DNA of 29,816 bases from a virus. The DNA lies in the IMG/VR virus record IMGVR_UViG_3300042731_009409, positions 1 to 29,816 of that record. One strand, given 5' to 3'. The notes below the pieces were generated by a model, which saw only the letters and a program-made list of their open reading frames with translations, ran no database searches and had not been told where the DNA came from. Both the position numbers and the translations under genes were made by a program. Below, piece after piece: positions 16,088 to 26,179 of this stretch (position 1 is its first letter; every line of letters starts with the position of its first letter).

Positions 16088-18484
16088 TTAATTGGTAGAT
16101 TTTAACATTTCTACCTTTTTGAGTAGATCTTTGTGCTTGTTATAAAGCTGCTTTATTGCACCAAGCAAGAAGGTGATCGAATCACCGGCATGAATAAAAC
16201 AATTGTCGCCGTCTTGTTTTCCTACCATTGGCCAAGGCATTGAGTTTGGATTTGCAGTTCTAACAATCCTCTTTTCACCTTTTTTTATAATCTCTATTTT
16301 TTTATCAGTTGGGCCATAATTCTCTACTAGAGCAAGGTCGTCCTCATCATCAAATGTAGTAAAAGTTGTTTTGTAATATATATTATTTGAGTATATATTG
16401 CCCCAATAATAAGTCGAATCACCTAAATCATAAGTGTTTGTTGTTTTCGGAAACATATCACTAGCTAAACCATTTCCAGCACCTGTTTCAAATGTTAATT
16501 CATCGGTCCTTAAATAACGTGAGTATATTGTTAACCAACGATAAGAGCCATTTCCAATATTATATGATTCATCTGTGTCGGGATAAAAATGAGATCCAAT
16601 TCCTTCGTCACCAGTGACAGAAAAGGTTGCTATTCCATTGGACGTTATATTTTCAGCTGTTATGGTTCCGGCAACCTTAAGATCTTTCCACTTATATGAT
16701 GTTGAGCCTAAGTCATATTCATTATTTGTATCTGGTATCAAGTCCGAAGAGATACCGCCAACAACAAGGTTGCCTTGTAAATACAAATCCTTGAACTTAT
16801 AACTTGAACCACCTATATCATAAGCGTTATTTGTATCTGGGACTATATTGCTTGAAAATCCATTTCCGCCAAGCGCACTTAAATCTATTTTATTGCAACT
16901 TAACGTTCCGCTGCTATAAATGTTTGACCATTGGTAAGAAGGATCTCCTAAATTATAAGTGCTGTTTACAGATGGCTGTAGATTGCTCTGTACGCCACCA
17001 CCAGCGCCCGAGCGGACATAAAGGTAGTCTGTATATATCCTAAGCCAATGGTAGCTTACAGCACCCAGCTGGTGTGTATTATCAGTGTCAGGTATCAAAT
17101 CGCTGGAAATTCCCTCACCTGCTGTTGTTGATACGTTTAATTTTCCACAATATATATTTTGCCATCTATATGTAGCCGAACCAACATCATATGCATTATT
17201 TGTATCCGGCAACAAATCCGAACCAAAATCGGTTACGTCCAAATTATTAACATACAGATTATCCCATCTGTAACTAGAGGCACCAAGATCATGTGTGTTA
17301 TTCGTGTCTGGTATTAAATCAGATGCAACCCCTTGAGACGCGACCGAAAGCTCATTTGTAGACACCCTATTATTACAACTTATATTTTGCGAATACAGAT
17401 AAGACCATTTGAATGATCCGGAACCTAAATTAAATGTATCATCTAATCTTGGCAAAATATGGCCAGAGTTCAAGGATATAAAATATCCGTCTTTCCAAAG
17501 CAATGAGCTAGAACCTATATCCTGAGAATTGCTTGTTGCCGGTAAAAAATCACCACTCAAATCTAAATTTGTAGTATATATTGCAGACCATCTTTTTGAT
17601 GCTGTACCCAACGAATATGTATCATCAGTGTCTGGATAAAAATCTTGTCCCAAACCATTTACAAGTATTTCGGTCCAAGAATGATCTATAATCTTTTGGT
17701 CATCTGTATTGAAAACTGTCGGTGGATTACCTGCACCAGCGCCTGTAACATAACCTATGTAACAATAACCGTCTTCGGTTCTCAAATCAGTATTTCTTCT
17801 TACTGTCGGCCCTTTTATAACAACCGAATACAACGTTTCTGTTTCTGAGATTGTGGTTTGACCCAAATCGCCAGTTGTTGTTATTTTGTTTTCTCCTCCA
17901 CTATATACAACGGTACACTCTTCTTTTGCTATTGCTTCCGTTGTTGCCCCACTTGCTGGCGATTTAAGATAAACAGTTGCGATTCTTCCTGAATGATCAA
18001 CAGACGATTCTGTGATTCCGTCAATCACAAAAGTTATTGTTCCGTTTCCATTATCTGTTGCTGAATCTGGGTCACCTTTTTCGCCTATTTGATCTTCCCA
18101 AGCTATCCATTCGGGATAGCCAGTTCTTGGGTTTATTTGTATACCATCTGGGACCGTTGTGTGTTTTAATGCAATGTAATAGTCTATTGACGATTGGTTT
18201 TCAAATTCAACGTTTTCATATACAGAATTTTCAAAATCAAGAAAATTTCCCAACCCATCACTTGCTATTGCGTTACCATCAACAGTGTCTTGTTCGAGAT
18301 CAAATTTATCATTTCCCGCCGCTGTTATTGCAACGCCGTTAGGATGAAAAAACGCAGCCTCGTATTGTTGACGATTCATTTCTTCTATTCTCGATCGAAG
18401 ATATTCTAAAAACCTAGTTCCGAAATCGTCAGTTCCAACAATTCTTTTTGTAACGATATTTAAATATTTATCACCAGTGGGCAT
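16088..18484 (-). CDS. long tail fibre with 11 PxxxxxYDLGxxxxxW repeats
   Basis: Repeats such as SDLIPDTNNTHDLGASSYRWDNLY. C-terminal FLLGAIKQL plus coiled coil, as in intramolecular chaperone (S74-like) tails. Confidence 0.85.
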   Translation of the reverse strand: MPTGDKYLNIVTKRIVGTDDFGTRFLEYLRSRIEEMNRQQYEAAFFHPNGVAITAAGNDKFDLEQDTVDGNAIASDGLGNFLDFENSVYENVEFENQSSIDYYIALKHTTVPDGIQINPRTGYPEWIAWEDQIGEKGDPDSATDNGNGTITFVIDGITESSVDHSGRIATVYLKSPASGATTEAIAKEECTVVYSGGENKITTTGDLGQTTISETETLYSVVIKGPTVRRNTDLRTEDGYCYIGYVTGAGAGNPPTVFNTDDQKIIDHSWTEILVNGLGQDFYPDTDDTYSLGTASKRWSAIYTTNLDLSGDFLPATSNSQDIGSSSLLWKDGYFISLNSGHILPRLDDTFNLGSGSFKWSYLYSQNISCNNRVSTNELSVASQGVASDLIPDTNNTHDLGASSYRWDNLYVNNLDVTDFGSDLLPDTNNAYDVGSATYRWQNIYCGKLNVSTTAGEGISSDLIPDTDNTHQLGAVSYHWLRIYTDYLYVRSGAGGGVQSNLQPSVNSTYNLGDPSYQWSNIYSSGTLSCNKIDLSALGGNGFSSNIVPDTNNAYDIGGSSYKFKDLYLQGNLVVGGISSDLIPDTNNEYDLGSTSYKWKDLKVAGTITAENITSNGIATFSVTGDEGIGSHFYPDTDESYNIGNGSYRWLTIYSRYLRTDELTFETGAGNGLASDMFPKTTNTYDLGDSTYYWGNIYSNNIYYKTTFTTFDDEDDLALVENYGPTDKKIEIIKKGEKRIVRTANPNSMPWPMVGKQDGDNCFIHAGDSITFLLGAIKQLYNKHKDLLKKVEMLKSTN

Positions 18485-18493
18485 TTTTTACTC

Positions 18494-19735
18494 CTATTCA
18501 TTTATTCCGATCGAATCGGTTTCTATCGGCAATTCAAACATTTCTACTTCATCTACTTCAATTGTAGAATCTTGTTCTGCAAAAAATCCAAATGTTCCTT
18601 GATAATATGTAGAATCACTTATATCAAATATTAAACTTCCATCAAGATGAACCTTTATATAAGGATATTGTAGATCTAATCTCAATCCATACCACAAATC
18701 ATTATGCAAACCAATTAACGAACAATCGTAATAATTGAAGTTAGATTTGCTTCCGCTTATAACTCTGTGGAATACCATTTGTTGGTGTTCAGGATCAAAA
18801 TAAACAACGAAACAATTGTCCCCGGTACCATCAGATCTAAACTCTATCCCAGCTATATAATTGTTAACACAATTTACTTTTGTTCTGAAATAAATTACAT
18901 GCTTTTCGAGTGTTGTTATCGTTGGCAAAAATTCCGTAACATAGGCCGCTTCTTCCGCAGTTGTGTCTTCCAGTTTTGCAGTTCCCGATGACACAACCAT
19001 ATCGCCACTTCTTTCTGTCCATTTTGCTTTATAATCGTCAACATTAAAAAGATCTAAAAACTTTATATATGTAATAGAAATTCGTTCCGAACACGATCTG
19101 GTCAATTTCAACAAATTTTTAACAAGCGTTTTATCCAACGTTCCATCATCAACAATTCTAACATTTGATTGATACTCCTCATGTTCAGAAGTTCCTGGCA
19201 AATCTATTATGCTTGAATCTCTACCATAATGTTCTTCTGTTAATTGTGTTTCGTCAATTATCCAACGATAATCAAACCAGTTCCATATTCTACTTTCGGC
19301 TTGTGTTGTTAGACTTAGAATATTTATAGTAGAATCTTCTGTTCCTCTTTTTTTCCAAAATCTGACCGAAACAGAAATCAATCTTCTAAGCGTGTCATAA
19401 TCTAACGAATCAGTTATTTTTGTTAAATCTCCAACCCAACCAACAATTGATTGCAAATACTGTAAGTATTCATCTTCAATTTCCGAAATATTCCAAAGTG
19501 TTTTTATTTTAAATATTCGCTCGTGTATTTGAGACCACATTTGTTGTGGCCCTTCAAGAAATCTGTATAATTCTAATGTTTTCTCGTCTTCTTTACGTAT
19601 AGATTCTATTATAAATCTATACATTTCCAAAGACAGTTCATCTTCGGCTGAACTTTCTACATAACCAATTCCTTGTATTGTGGTATTGTCCAAAAGTTGG
19701 TTATAAGCTAAATCTGTTATTTTGTTTGGAGGCAT
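18494..19735 (-). CDS. baseplate wedge protein (P2 gpI-like) with a C-terminal ConA/LamG-like beta domain
   Basis: EYLQYLQSIVGW...LRRLI...WKKRGT in the N-part, WYGLRLDL...VHLDG...GTFGF in the C-part. Confidence 0.8.
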   Translation of the reverse strand: MPPNKITDLAYNQLLDNTTIQGIGYVESSAEDELSLEMYRFIIESIRKEDEKTLELYRFLEGPQQMWSQIHERIFKIKTLWNISEIEDEYLQYLQSIVGWVGDLTKITDSLDYDTLRRLISVSVRFWKKRGTEDSTINILSLTTQAESRIWNWFDYRWIIDETQLTEEHYGRDSSIIDLPGTSEHEEYQSNVRIVDDGTLDKTLVKNLLKLTRSCSERISITYIKFLDLFNVDDYKAKWTERSGDMVVSSGTAKLEDTTAEEAAYVTEFLPTITTLEKHVIYFRTKVNCVNNYIAGIEFRSDGTGDNCFVVYFDPEHQQMVFHRVISGSKSNFNYYDCSLIGLHNDLWYGLRLDLQYPYIKVHLDGSLIFDISDSTYYQGTFGFFAEQDSTIEVDEVEMFELPIETDSIGINE

Positions 19736-19737
19736 TT

Positions 19738-20346
19738 TTACTCCGTTGTTATTGTAAGTGTATACAACTCACCTGGATCTTGATCTGTAGTCACTAATGT
19801 AATTGTACTTGGTGTAAAAATCAAATTATTTATTGTCAAACCTTTATCAAAGGAATATTTTGTTTTATCTTTTATAAAAGTGTTGTCTAACATATTTTCG
19901 CTAAAAGTTAATTCAAAAGTGTTTTTTGATGTTGCAACTAGAGTTTCGACTGTCGGAATAACACCTATCCCAGTAACTTGAAATGAACCTTGTGTAGGAT
20001 CCATATAAAAACCGCTTATTGATTTTGGACCATTTATTTTCTCAATAGATATATTATATATTTCTCCATTTGTAAATTCAGAACATGTTATTTCGACATA
20101 TTTTGGGTTTGTAGTATTTTCTGTTTCGATCGATAATAAATTTATCGGTACACCGTCTGTTGTATCAGGTTCAACCATGTAATTTGATAGATTCAACAAA
20201 TTACTGTCATATTCCATTTCTTTTGAAAAAGTTATTTTTAATTTATATGCTGACAACAGTTTTGTTGGTTGAACTATTTTTGGATTTACACCAATACCAC
20301 CCCAAAGTAAAACGGTACCATATCCTGTTTTTCCAAAGCCAGACAT
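19738..20346 (-). CDS. virion protein with two Ig-like repeats
   Basis: LKITFSKEM..SNY...GEIYNISI and FELTFSENM..KY...GELYTLTI. Confidence 0.7.
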   Translation of the reverse strand: MSGFGKTGYGTVLLWGGIGVNPKIVQPTKLLSAYKLKITFSKEMEYDSNLLNLSNYMVEPDTTDGVPINLLSIETENTTNPKYVEITCSEFTNGEIYNISIEKINGPKSISGFYMDPTQGSFQVTGIGVIPTVETLVATSKNTFELTFSENMLDNTFIKDKTKYSFDKGLTINNLIFTPSTITLVTTDQDPGELYTLTITTE

Positions 20347-21543
20347 TTAGCTTATATCCCTTTCAACCTCATGGATTATTTTTATACCAGATATACCAAC
20401 GTCTTGCAAATAATCATCATCAGCATGTGAGGTATTTCTTTCTATTTTTATAAACAAAGTATCACCATTGGTCGAATCCGCTTGTGTAATAGTTGCTGAA
20501 GACAATACAAATTTAATATATTGACTATCAATCCCAGCACCTTCCAGATCGCTTGTTGACACCGTATCATTACTGTCATGTGTTTTGTTTAGATTATCTC
20601 CATTTTTATTTAAGCAACAACTTACATCAAAAGTTATTCCCTCACCTGAAACTGGCGCACTTGTTTCTGTGATATAACCATGTATCTCAACGTCAATATC
20701 ATCTCCTATAAAGCCATGTGGTATTTCGTATTCAAACAACATATTTTCATCGGTAGAAGAGTCAAATTTTCTAACTTTTACACTTCCATTGCCAGATGTC
20801 AAAGTTTCAATTGTTGCTGGTGGCGAACTGCCATCGTGTCCCAATTCGACAGGTATAAATTTTGAAATAGTTCTGTTGTTTACATTCCAAGGTGTTTTAT
20901 TTATTGGGCCTAACAATCTTATTATAGTTCCAACACCTAAGCCATCTGCCTGATCAGCTTTGATTGTTATTTTAGAAAGAGGATTAGTATCGGCTGTTTT
21001 ATATTTTACGCCTCTTTTATTTAAGCCCAACATGCTATAACTAATGCAAGACGTATTTTTACATTCATATCTATAATTGTTTCCAACCAACCTCAACTCT
21101 ACAAAAGCATAGCCTTCCATGTCTGCCGGAACCCTAAAAATTTGCGCATCGTTGGAATGTCCAGCACCGGTATTAGTATTATATAAATAATAATATGCAT
21201 TAGAATAATTAGAATCAGTTTCATCATCTTGGACATACAGAGAAACAAAAGTTTCTGACGTACTTCCGTTTACAACGAATATCTCTAAATCATATTCATA
21301 TCCGCCTAAAGACCCGGAAGGAATTTCTACTGATTGAGTGTCAGATGTTAATTCAGTCTCCCAAATGACTCTTGACGATATTGGTGTATTGTTTATCACG
21401 GATTCTTCATAATCTCCGTTGGCAGTTGATTTAGATTGATAACGCCTGTTCGTTGCCATATCTATATATGCGTGGCCTTCATACTTTGGAGTTATGGTTG
21501 AAGGTTCGCCGCTTCCAGTATAATTTATATTTTTAGTATGCAT
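20347..21543 (-). CDS. putative tail/receptor-binding protein, paralogue 3 of 3
   Basis: TITPKYEGHAYID N-terminus and DGSSPPATIETLTSGNGSVKVRKFD...HADDDYLQDVGI C-domain, shared with the two upstream genes. Confidence 0.75.
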   Translation of the reverse strand: MHTKNINYTGSGEPSTITPKYEGHAYIDMATNRRYQSKSTANGDYEESVINNTPISSRVIWETELTSDTQSVEIPSGSLGGYEYDLEIFVVNGSTSETFVSLYVQDDETDSNYSNAYYYLYNTNTGAGHSNDAQIFRVPADMEGYAFVELRLVGNNYRYECKNTSCISYSMLGLNKRGVKYKTADTNPLSKITIKADQADGLGVGTIIRLLGPINKTPWNVNNRTISKFIPVELGHDGSSPPATIETLTSGNGSVKVRKFDSSTDENMLFEYEIPHGFIGDDIDVEIHGYITETSAPVSGEGITFDVSCCLNKNGDNLNKTHDSNDTVSTSDLEGAGIDSQYIKFVLSSATITQADSTNGDTLFIKIERNTSHADDDYLQDVGISGIKIIHEVERDIS

Positions 21544-22735
21544 TTTTTGCCCTATATTGTATTACCATTCTTGCGAAACCTATATCTTGACCATAATCAT
21601 CGTCTGTATGACCAACATACCTAGATATTTTAAATATCAAAGAGTCACCAGGTTCTAAATCACCTGGTTCTATTAAAACCTTATCAGTTCTAAAAATGTC
21701 GTATTGAGAATCAACATCTATATAATTTAAATTTGCAATCGAAGAAACAATGTTGCTACCGTAAGTTTCATTTAAATTTCCACCATCTTTATCAATTTTG
21801 TAAAATGCAAATCTATAGGCAATTCCTTGTCCAGATGTCGGCACTGTCGATTCTGTTATAACAGAAGAAAAATCTACAAATAAATAATTATAACCTGCAT
21901 AATCTTCTGGAATAGTCCATTTTTTTATCAAATATTCTTCAGTAGATGAATCGAATTTTCTTATTTGCAAAGCACCATTGCCATTTGTGACAGTTGTCAA
22001 TGCAGATGGGGCAGGGCTCCCGTCTGAAAACTCTTTTACCAAAAGAGTTTTCTTTTTATATTGCTCGGTCGCTAATGATGTGCTCCAAGTTGGTCTATAT
22101 AAAACTAATTTTGTATTTATAGCAAAGTTAGTTAAATTATGTGAATCAAATCTTATTTCTTTTAACGGTTCTGCCGTTTGGTTTGTGTACCTAATAGCAT
22201 ACCATATATTATTAACAGTAGAATCACTGTTGTCGTCGGGCGTAAATCTTGAAAAAATCCAATACCATCCATTAACGTGTCTTATTTTAATATATGCTTT
22301 AGTTTGATAGCCACTCTTGCTTCTAATTATGTTTGGGACGTCTGAAGTATTATTGTTTAATGCTGTACCGTCAGATGTGACAAATTTCAATTTGTAGTTA
22401 GAATCAGTATAGTCTCCATTTATATTCATTTTACAAAAACCATTAGAACTAGAATTATAAACAATCAATTCCATATCATAAGAATATCTATATAAATATT
22501 TATCAGGAACGTATATATACTGCGCCGTTGACGACAAAGTGTTAGAATATATTTCAGTTGTTGTGTTCGAACTAGGTGTTGAAAGTTTTTTAACCTTATA
22601 GAAATCTCCAATTGTTGTTGACAAAGATATATATTCTATGTTATTTGTCGTATCATAATATATTTGACCAATATATTCTGGCGTAACGGTGGTTGGTGCT
22701 CCAGAACCAGACAAATTTGATTTTGATAAATGCAT
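21533..22735 (-). CDS. putative tail/receptor-binding protein, paralogue 2 of 3
   Basis: TVTPEYIGQIYYD and DGSPAPSALTTVTNGNGALQIRKFD...HTDDDYGQDIG. Confidence 0.75.
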   Translation of the reverse strand: MHLSKSNLSGSGAPTTVTPEYIGQIYYDTTNNIEYISLSTTIGDFYKVKKLSTPSSNTTTEIYSNTLSSTAQYIYVPDKYLYRYSYDMELIVYNSSSNGFCKMNINGDYTDSNYKLKFVTSDGTALNNNTSDVPNIIRSKSGYQTKAYIKIRHVNGWYWIFSRFTPDDNSDSTVNNIWYAIRYTNQTAEPLKEIRFDSHNLTNFAINTKLVLYRPTWSTSLATEQYKKKTLLVKEFSDGSPAPSALTTVTNGNGALQIRKFDSSTEEYLIKKWTIPEDYAGYNYLFVDFSSVITESTVPTSGQGIAYRFAFYKIDKDGGNLNETYGSNIVSSIANLNYIDVDSQYDIFRTDKVLIEPGDLEPGDSLIFKISRYVGHTDDDYGQDIGFARMVIQYRAKNAY

Positions 22736-23941
22736 TTATTCCTCGTCATATTTTATTAACAATTTCGTTATACCAACATCTTGCAAATAATCATCATCGG
22801 CATGTGTTGTGTTTCTTTTTAATGACAAAACAACATCATCACTCGCGGAAATATTTGTTATAGTCATCTCAGAATAATCGGTAACAAAAAAATCATACTG
22901 AGAATCACAGCCATAACCATTTAAATCACTTATGTTACATAACACCGGCGTATTATATGTTCCGTTTAGTTCGTCAGCGTTAGAGATTTTGTAAGCTTTT
23001 AATTCAAAAGATACTCCTTCGTTACTTATGGGTGTTGTTGATTCAGAAATTATTCCTTCTATCGCAACGGATATTTTGTTGCCATAGAAGTTGTTTGGTA
23101 CCGACCATATTAATTTAACATCTTCATCTGTAGAAGGGTCAAATTTTCTAACTTTTACACTTCCGTTTCCAGACGTTAAGGTTTCGATTGTTGCTGGTGG
23201 CGAACTGCCATCGATTGCTTCTGATATTAAAATCTCATCACTTCTTCTGTTTATATCGACGTTATAATGATAATTATACGGATCGCTTAATCTTATGCGC
23301 GTTCCAATATCGAATGCTGTCATGCCAGAAGATGTTGTTGACGTATAAAATTTTAACTTTCTAATAGATTCGGTCAAATTTTTATTTAATACAGCACAAC
23401 CATGTCTAATCCGAACATAACCAGAACCAGAAGTGTAATATGTAACAGTTGATAACCAATATTTGCCGTTTACAAATCTTATTTTTGAAAAAAATTTTGC
23501 TATATTACTACTATCAGCATGTCCCAATGTAAACCAATTATAAGAGCCTTCTGTAATATCACTTTCGTTAAAATTTATATGTGTAGAGCGATAATCATCA
23601 GTATCTGTTTCGTCATTTATCAAAACCGCTATGTACATTAAGTCTAAAGCAACTGCGTTACGAAAATCTATCTCAATATCCAAATTATATAAACCTAGAA
23701 CAGATTCTGGAACATATATTTCTGACTCTTGTGAATTAAATGTATGTTCCCAAATTACGTTCGATACACCGTTCAATGAAGCAAAAGGAACAAATCTTTT
23801 CATGGACTCGTTGCTATCACCTCTACCAACTACATATGGAGTATTTAATCTAGTATCTACATATATTTGCCCAGAATATTCTGGCGTTATTGTATTGGCT
23901 GATACAATACCATCCAAACTTGCTTTTTTATAATGTGCCAT
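22736..23941 (-). CDS. putative tail/receptor-binding protein, paralogue 1 of 3
   Basis: TITPEYSGQIYVD and DGSSPPATIETLTSGNGSVKVRKFD...HADDDYLQDVGI. Confidence 0.75.
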   Translation of the reverse strand: MAHYKKASLDGIVSANTITPEYSGQIYVDTRLNTPYVVGRGDSNESMKRFVPFASLNGVSNVIWEHTFNSQESEIYVPESVLGLYNLDIEIDFRNAVALDLMYIAVLINDETDTDDYRSTHINFNESDITEGSYNWFTLGHADSSNIAKFFSKIRFVNGKYWLSTVTYYTSGSGYVRIRHGCAVLNKNLTESIRKLKFYTSTTSSGMTAFDIGTRIRLSDPYNYHYNVDINRRSDEILISEAIDGSSPPATIETLTSGNGSVKVRKFDPSTDEDVKLIWSVPNNFYGNKISVAIEGIISESTTPISNEGVSFELKAYKISNADELNGTYNTPVLCNISDLNGYGCDSQYDFFVTDYSEMTITNISASDDVVLSLKRNTTHADDDYLQDVGITKLLIKYDEE

Positions 23942-24468
23942 CAGTCTAACTCAACACCGACATTATCGCCAGAACCGCGCCTTATCAAAAGATAAACCTT
24001 GTCATCATCGGTGTCTCTCCATTTAGCCATTTCTCCATTTTCTGACAATGTTGGTTCGCTTGATTGTTCGTAATATGTCAGAGTATCTCCGCCAGTCAAT
24101 TCATGTACAAGTGTCAAGGTTATTGTAACAGAAAGAGTAGTTCCAGCGTTTTGTGTTACTTTAACATAAAATTTTCTGTCGACAACTGTATCAACAGTAT
24201 AATCCGGATCAATAGATGTGGGGTCGGTTGTGTCCAAATCCATTCCGGTTGTACTATGATATATTGTAGTAAAAGACGAATCCTCAGCTATTTGAACATC
24301 AGAATCTGAAGACGTGCCGCTGTCCATTTTGACAGAAATCGCATCAATTGTAAAAGACGAAACATCGTCTGGCAAATAAACAACCTGTTGTTTAGATGAG
24401 CTAACTGTTATATCTGTCAAAGACAATTTTATTGGGCTTTTAAATATTGGATTTGCGTTTGAAGTCAT
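23941..24468 (-). CDS. beta-rich virion protein
   Basis: AGGAG RBS, S/T/D-rich. C-terminal QSSEPTLSENGEMAKWRDT resembles fibre docking/trimerisation motifs. Confidence 0.65.
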   Translation of the reverse strand: MTSNANPIFKSPIKLSLTDITVSSSKQQVVYLPDDVSSFTIDAISVKMDSGTSSDSDVQIAEDSSFTTIYHSTTGMDLDTTDPTSIDPDYTVDTVVDRKFYVKVTQNAGTTLSVTITLTLVHELTGGDTLTYYEQSSEPTLSENGEMAKWRDTDDDKVYLLIRRGSGDNVGVELD

Positions 24469-24478
24469 TTTTTAACTC

Positions 24479-26170
24479 CTAAAAACTCGGTAATGAAATT
24501 TTTGTAGATATAATGTTATAACCTTGTAATATTCCATTCAAAACATCTGCCGAAACATCATAATTCAGCATGCATTGAGAAATATAAACTTCAGATGTTG
24601 ATGAAACTGCATCAACACTAAATTCACCATTCGCTTCTACAACTGTTTTAAACAAATTTGCTCCTGCCCCAAGTGTTATAACAGGCGCACAAGCCCCTTG
24701 AAATCTACAATCTTCTATATGACCACTAAAAGTAAAATCAGAAGTTCTACCTAGATTTGTAACATTTTTTAAAATTGCAGCAGACGAACCGGTCCCGAAC
24801 GAATTACCATAACATTGGCTATCAATTACTTTTCCGGTCATCGTACCAGTATCGCCGAAAGAAGATGCATTTGCAGAGCAATTAATACAAGTGCCAGAAA
24901 AAACTGGCGAAACTCCGGTTATAAAATTCGAATCTGCGTGACAGTCTTTAAAAGTTCCTGCTGCTTTGTTGTTTGTGTCATCAACTTTTATAGACGGTCC
25001 TTTAGTCGCACCCGATGTAAAAGCAACGTTGTCTAAAATTACTCTATCACATCCATTTGTTTCATTTAATAACATATTAATAGCATTTGCATATTGTTGT
25101 TCAAAATGTATTCTTGTCAATCTCACGTCTCTTGCTGTTACTTCCACCAAGGTGTCATCAAAATTTCCATATAATCTTGAATTTGGCTTAACAATTGTAG
25201 TTGTATCGTCAATATTGCCGTTTCTGAACGCGGTTCCATGTCCTAAAAAATCAACAAAATCGGTATCAATTGAGAACTTAGACGTCAAATTATATGAACC
25301 GGATGGAAGAATAACAAGTGCTCTGTTTGTTTCTGATAAAGCTTGACCACTAGGCGTCAAAGCTTTTGCATTTGTGTAAGCCGTATTCAAATATGTTTCA
25401 TTTTCTGAAAAACTTGATCCGTGTTGCACAATGACAATTGCGTCAGATGGATAACCAAGAACATTCGGCCTTGCTTCCCAAACTGGTGAACCATCATCTA
25501 CAAATTGATAATCTAAATTTAAACTATCTACATAACAAATTGCCCCTTCGACAGGCGTGTTTGCTATCCAAAAACCGGACGAACTATCAAACTCAACAAC
25601 ATCATTTTGTGCAGCACCGTCCCAACCTGCATTTACAGATCCAGTAGTATCTAAAATATATCTATCGCCATCGTTTTCTGTTGGTGGTGATGCAGTGCAA
25701 TCTATGATATTGATAACCTTTTTTAACCTAGATTCGTGACCAGCGCTATCAGCAGCGATGAACAATTCGTGCATAGATTTTGCCCAGCCATAATCAGAAT
25801 CAAACTCTGTACCTTCTTCTGGCGAAGGGATTCTTAGTTCTCTATGTTTCGTTTTAAACGACACACCTATCGGTAATGCATCATCACTTCCACCACCATT
25901 TATTGTACATTTAATAAAATATGTACCAGGCTTATCAGCATCCGGATCGATATAAGGTGCGCTTGTAGTAGGATTGATAAGCGTGGCAGTTGCACCATAC
26001 GGTTTGCCAACCAATTCCCACTCATATGATATTACACCAGTGACATCTGATAGTTGAAAAGTAATTCTTGGAGATGCACCTTTTATTTTACCATATGGAT
26101 AAATCAAAGATTCTCCTGCACTTCCTGGTGTTTCTCCATTTACACTTGCATATATGTAGTATTGTGTCAT
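24479..26170 (-). CDS. multidomain tailspike-like protein (PKD-like, DUF2793-like and putative beta-helix domains)
   Basis: YEWELVGKPYGATATL...PGTY (PKD-like), PPTENDGDRYIL...GWDG...W...PVEG (DUF2793-like), LVILPSGSYNL...VDFLG (beta-helix start). Confidence 0.7.
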   Translation of the reverse strand: MTQYYIYASVNGETPGSAGESLIYPYGKIKGASPRITFQLSDVTGVISYEWELVGKPYGATATLINPTTSAPYIDPDADKPGTYFIKCTINGGGSDDALPIGVSFKTKHRELRIPSPEEGTEFDSDYGWAKSMHELFIAADSAGHESRLKKVINIIDCTASPPTENDGDRYILDTTGSVNAGWDGAAQNDVVEFDSSSGFWIANTPVEGAICYVDSLNLDYQFVDDGSPVWEARPNVLGYPSDAIVIVQHGSSFSENETYLNTAYTNAKALTPSGQALSETNRALVILPSGSYNLTSKFSIDTDFVDFLGHGTAFRNGNIDDTTTIVKPNSRLYGNFDDTLVEVTARDVRLTRIHFEQQYANAINMLLNETNGCDRVILDNVAFTSGATKGPSIKVDDTNNKAAGTFKDCHADSNFITGVSPVFSGTCINCSANASSFGDTGTMTGKVIDSQCYGNSFGTGSSAAILKNVTNLGRTSDFTFSGHIEDCRFQGACAPVITLGAGANLFKTVVEANGEFSVDAVSSTSEVYISQCMLNYDVSADVLNGILQGYNIISTKISLPSF

Positions 26171-26179
26171 ATTGTTCTC

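Noticed and set aside
20393-23213. Possible diversity-generating retroelement TR/VR pair among the paralogue repeats
   Set aside because: Differences are synonymous third-position changes and are not adenine-specific. Both copies are coding, and there is no reverse transcriptase in the window.
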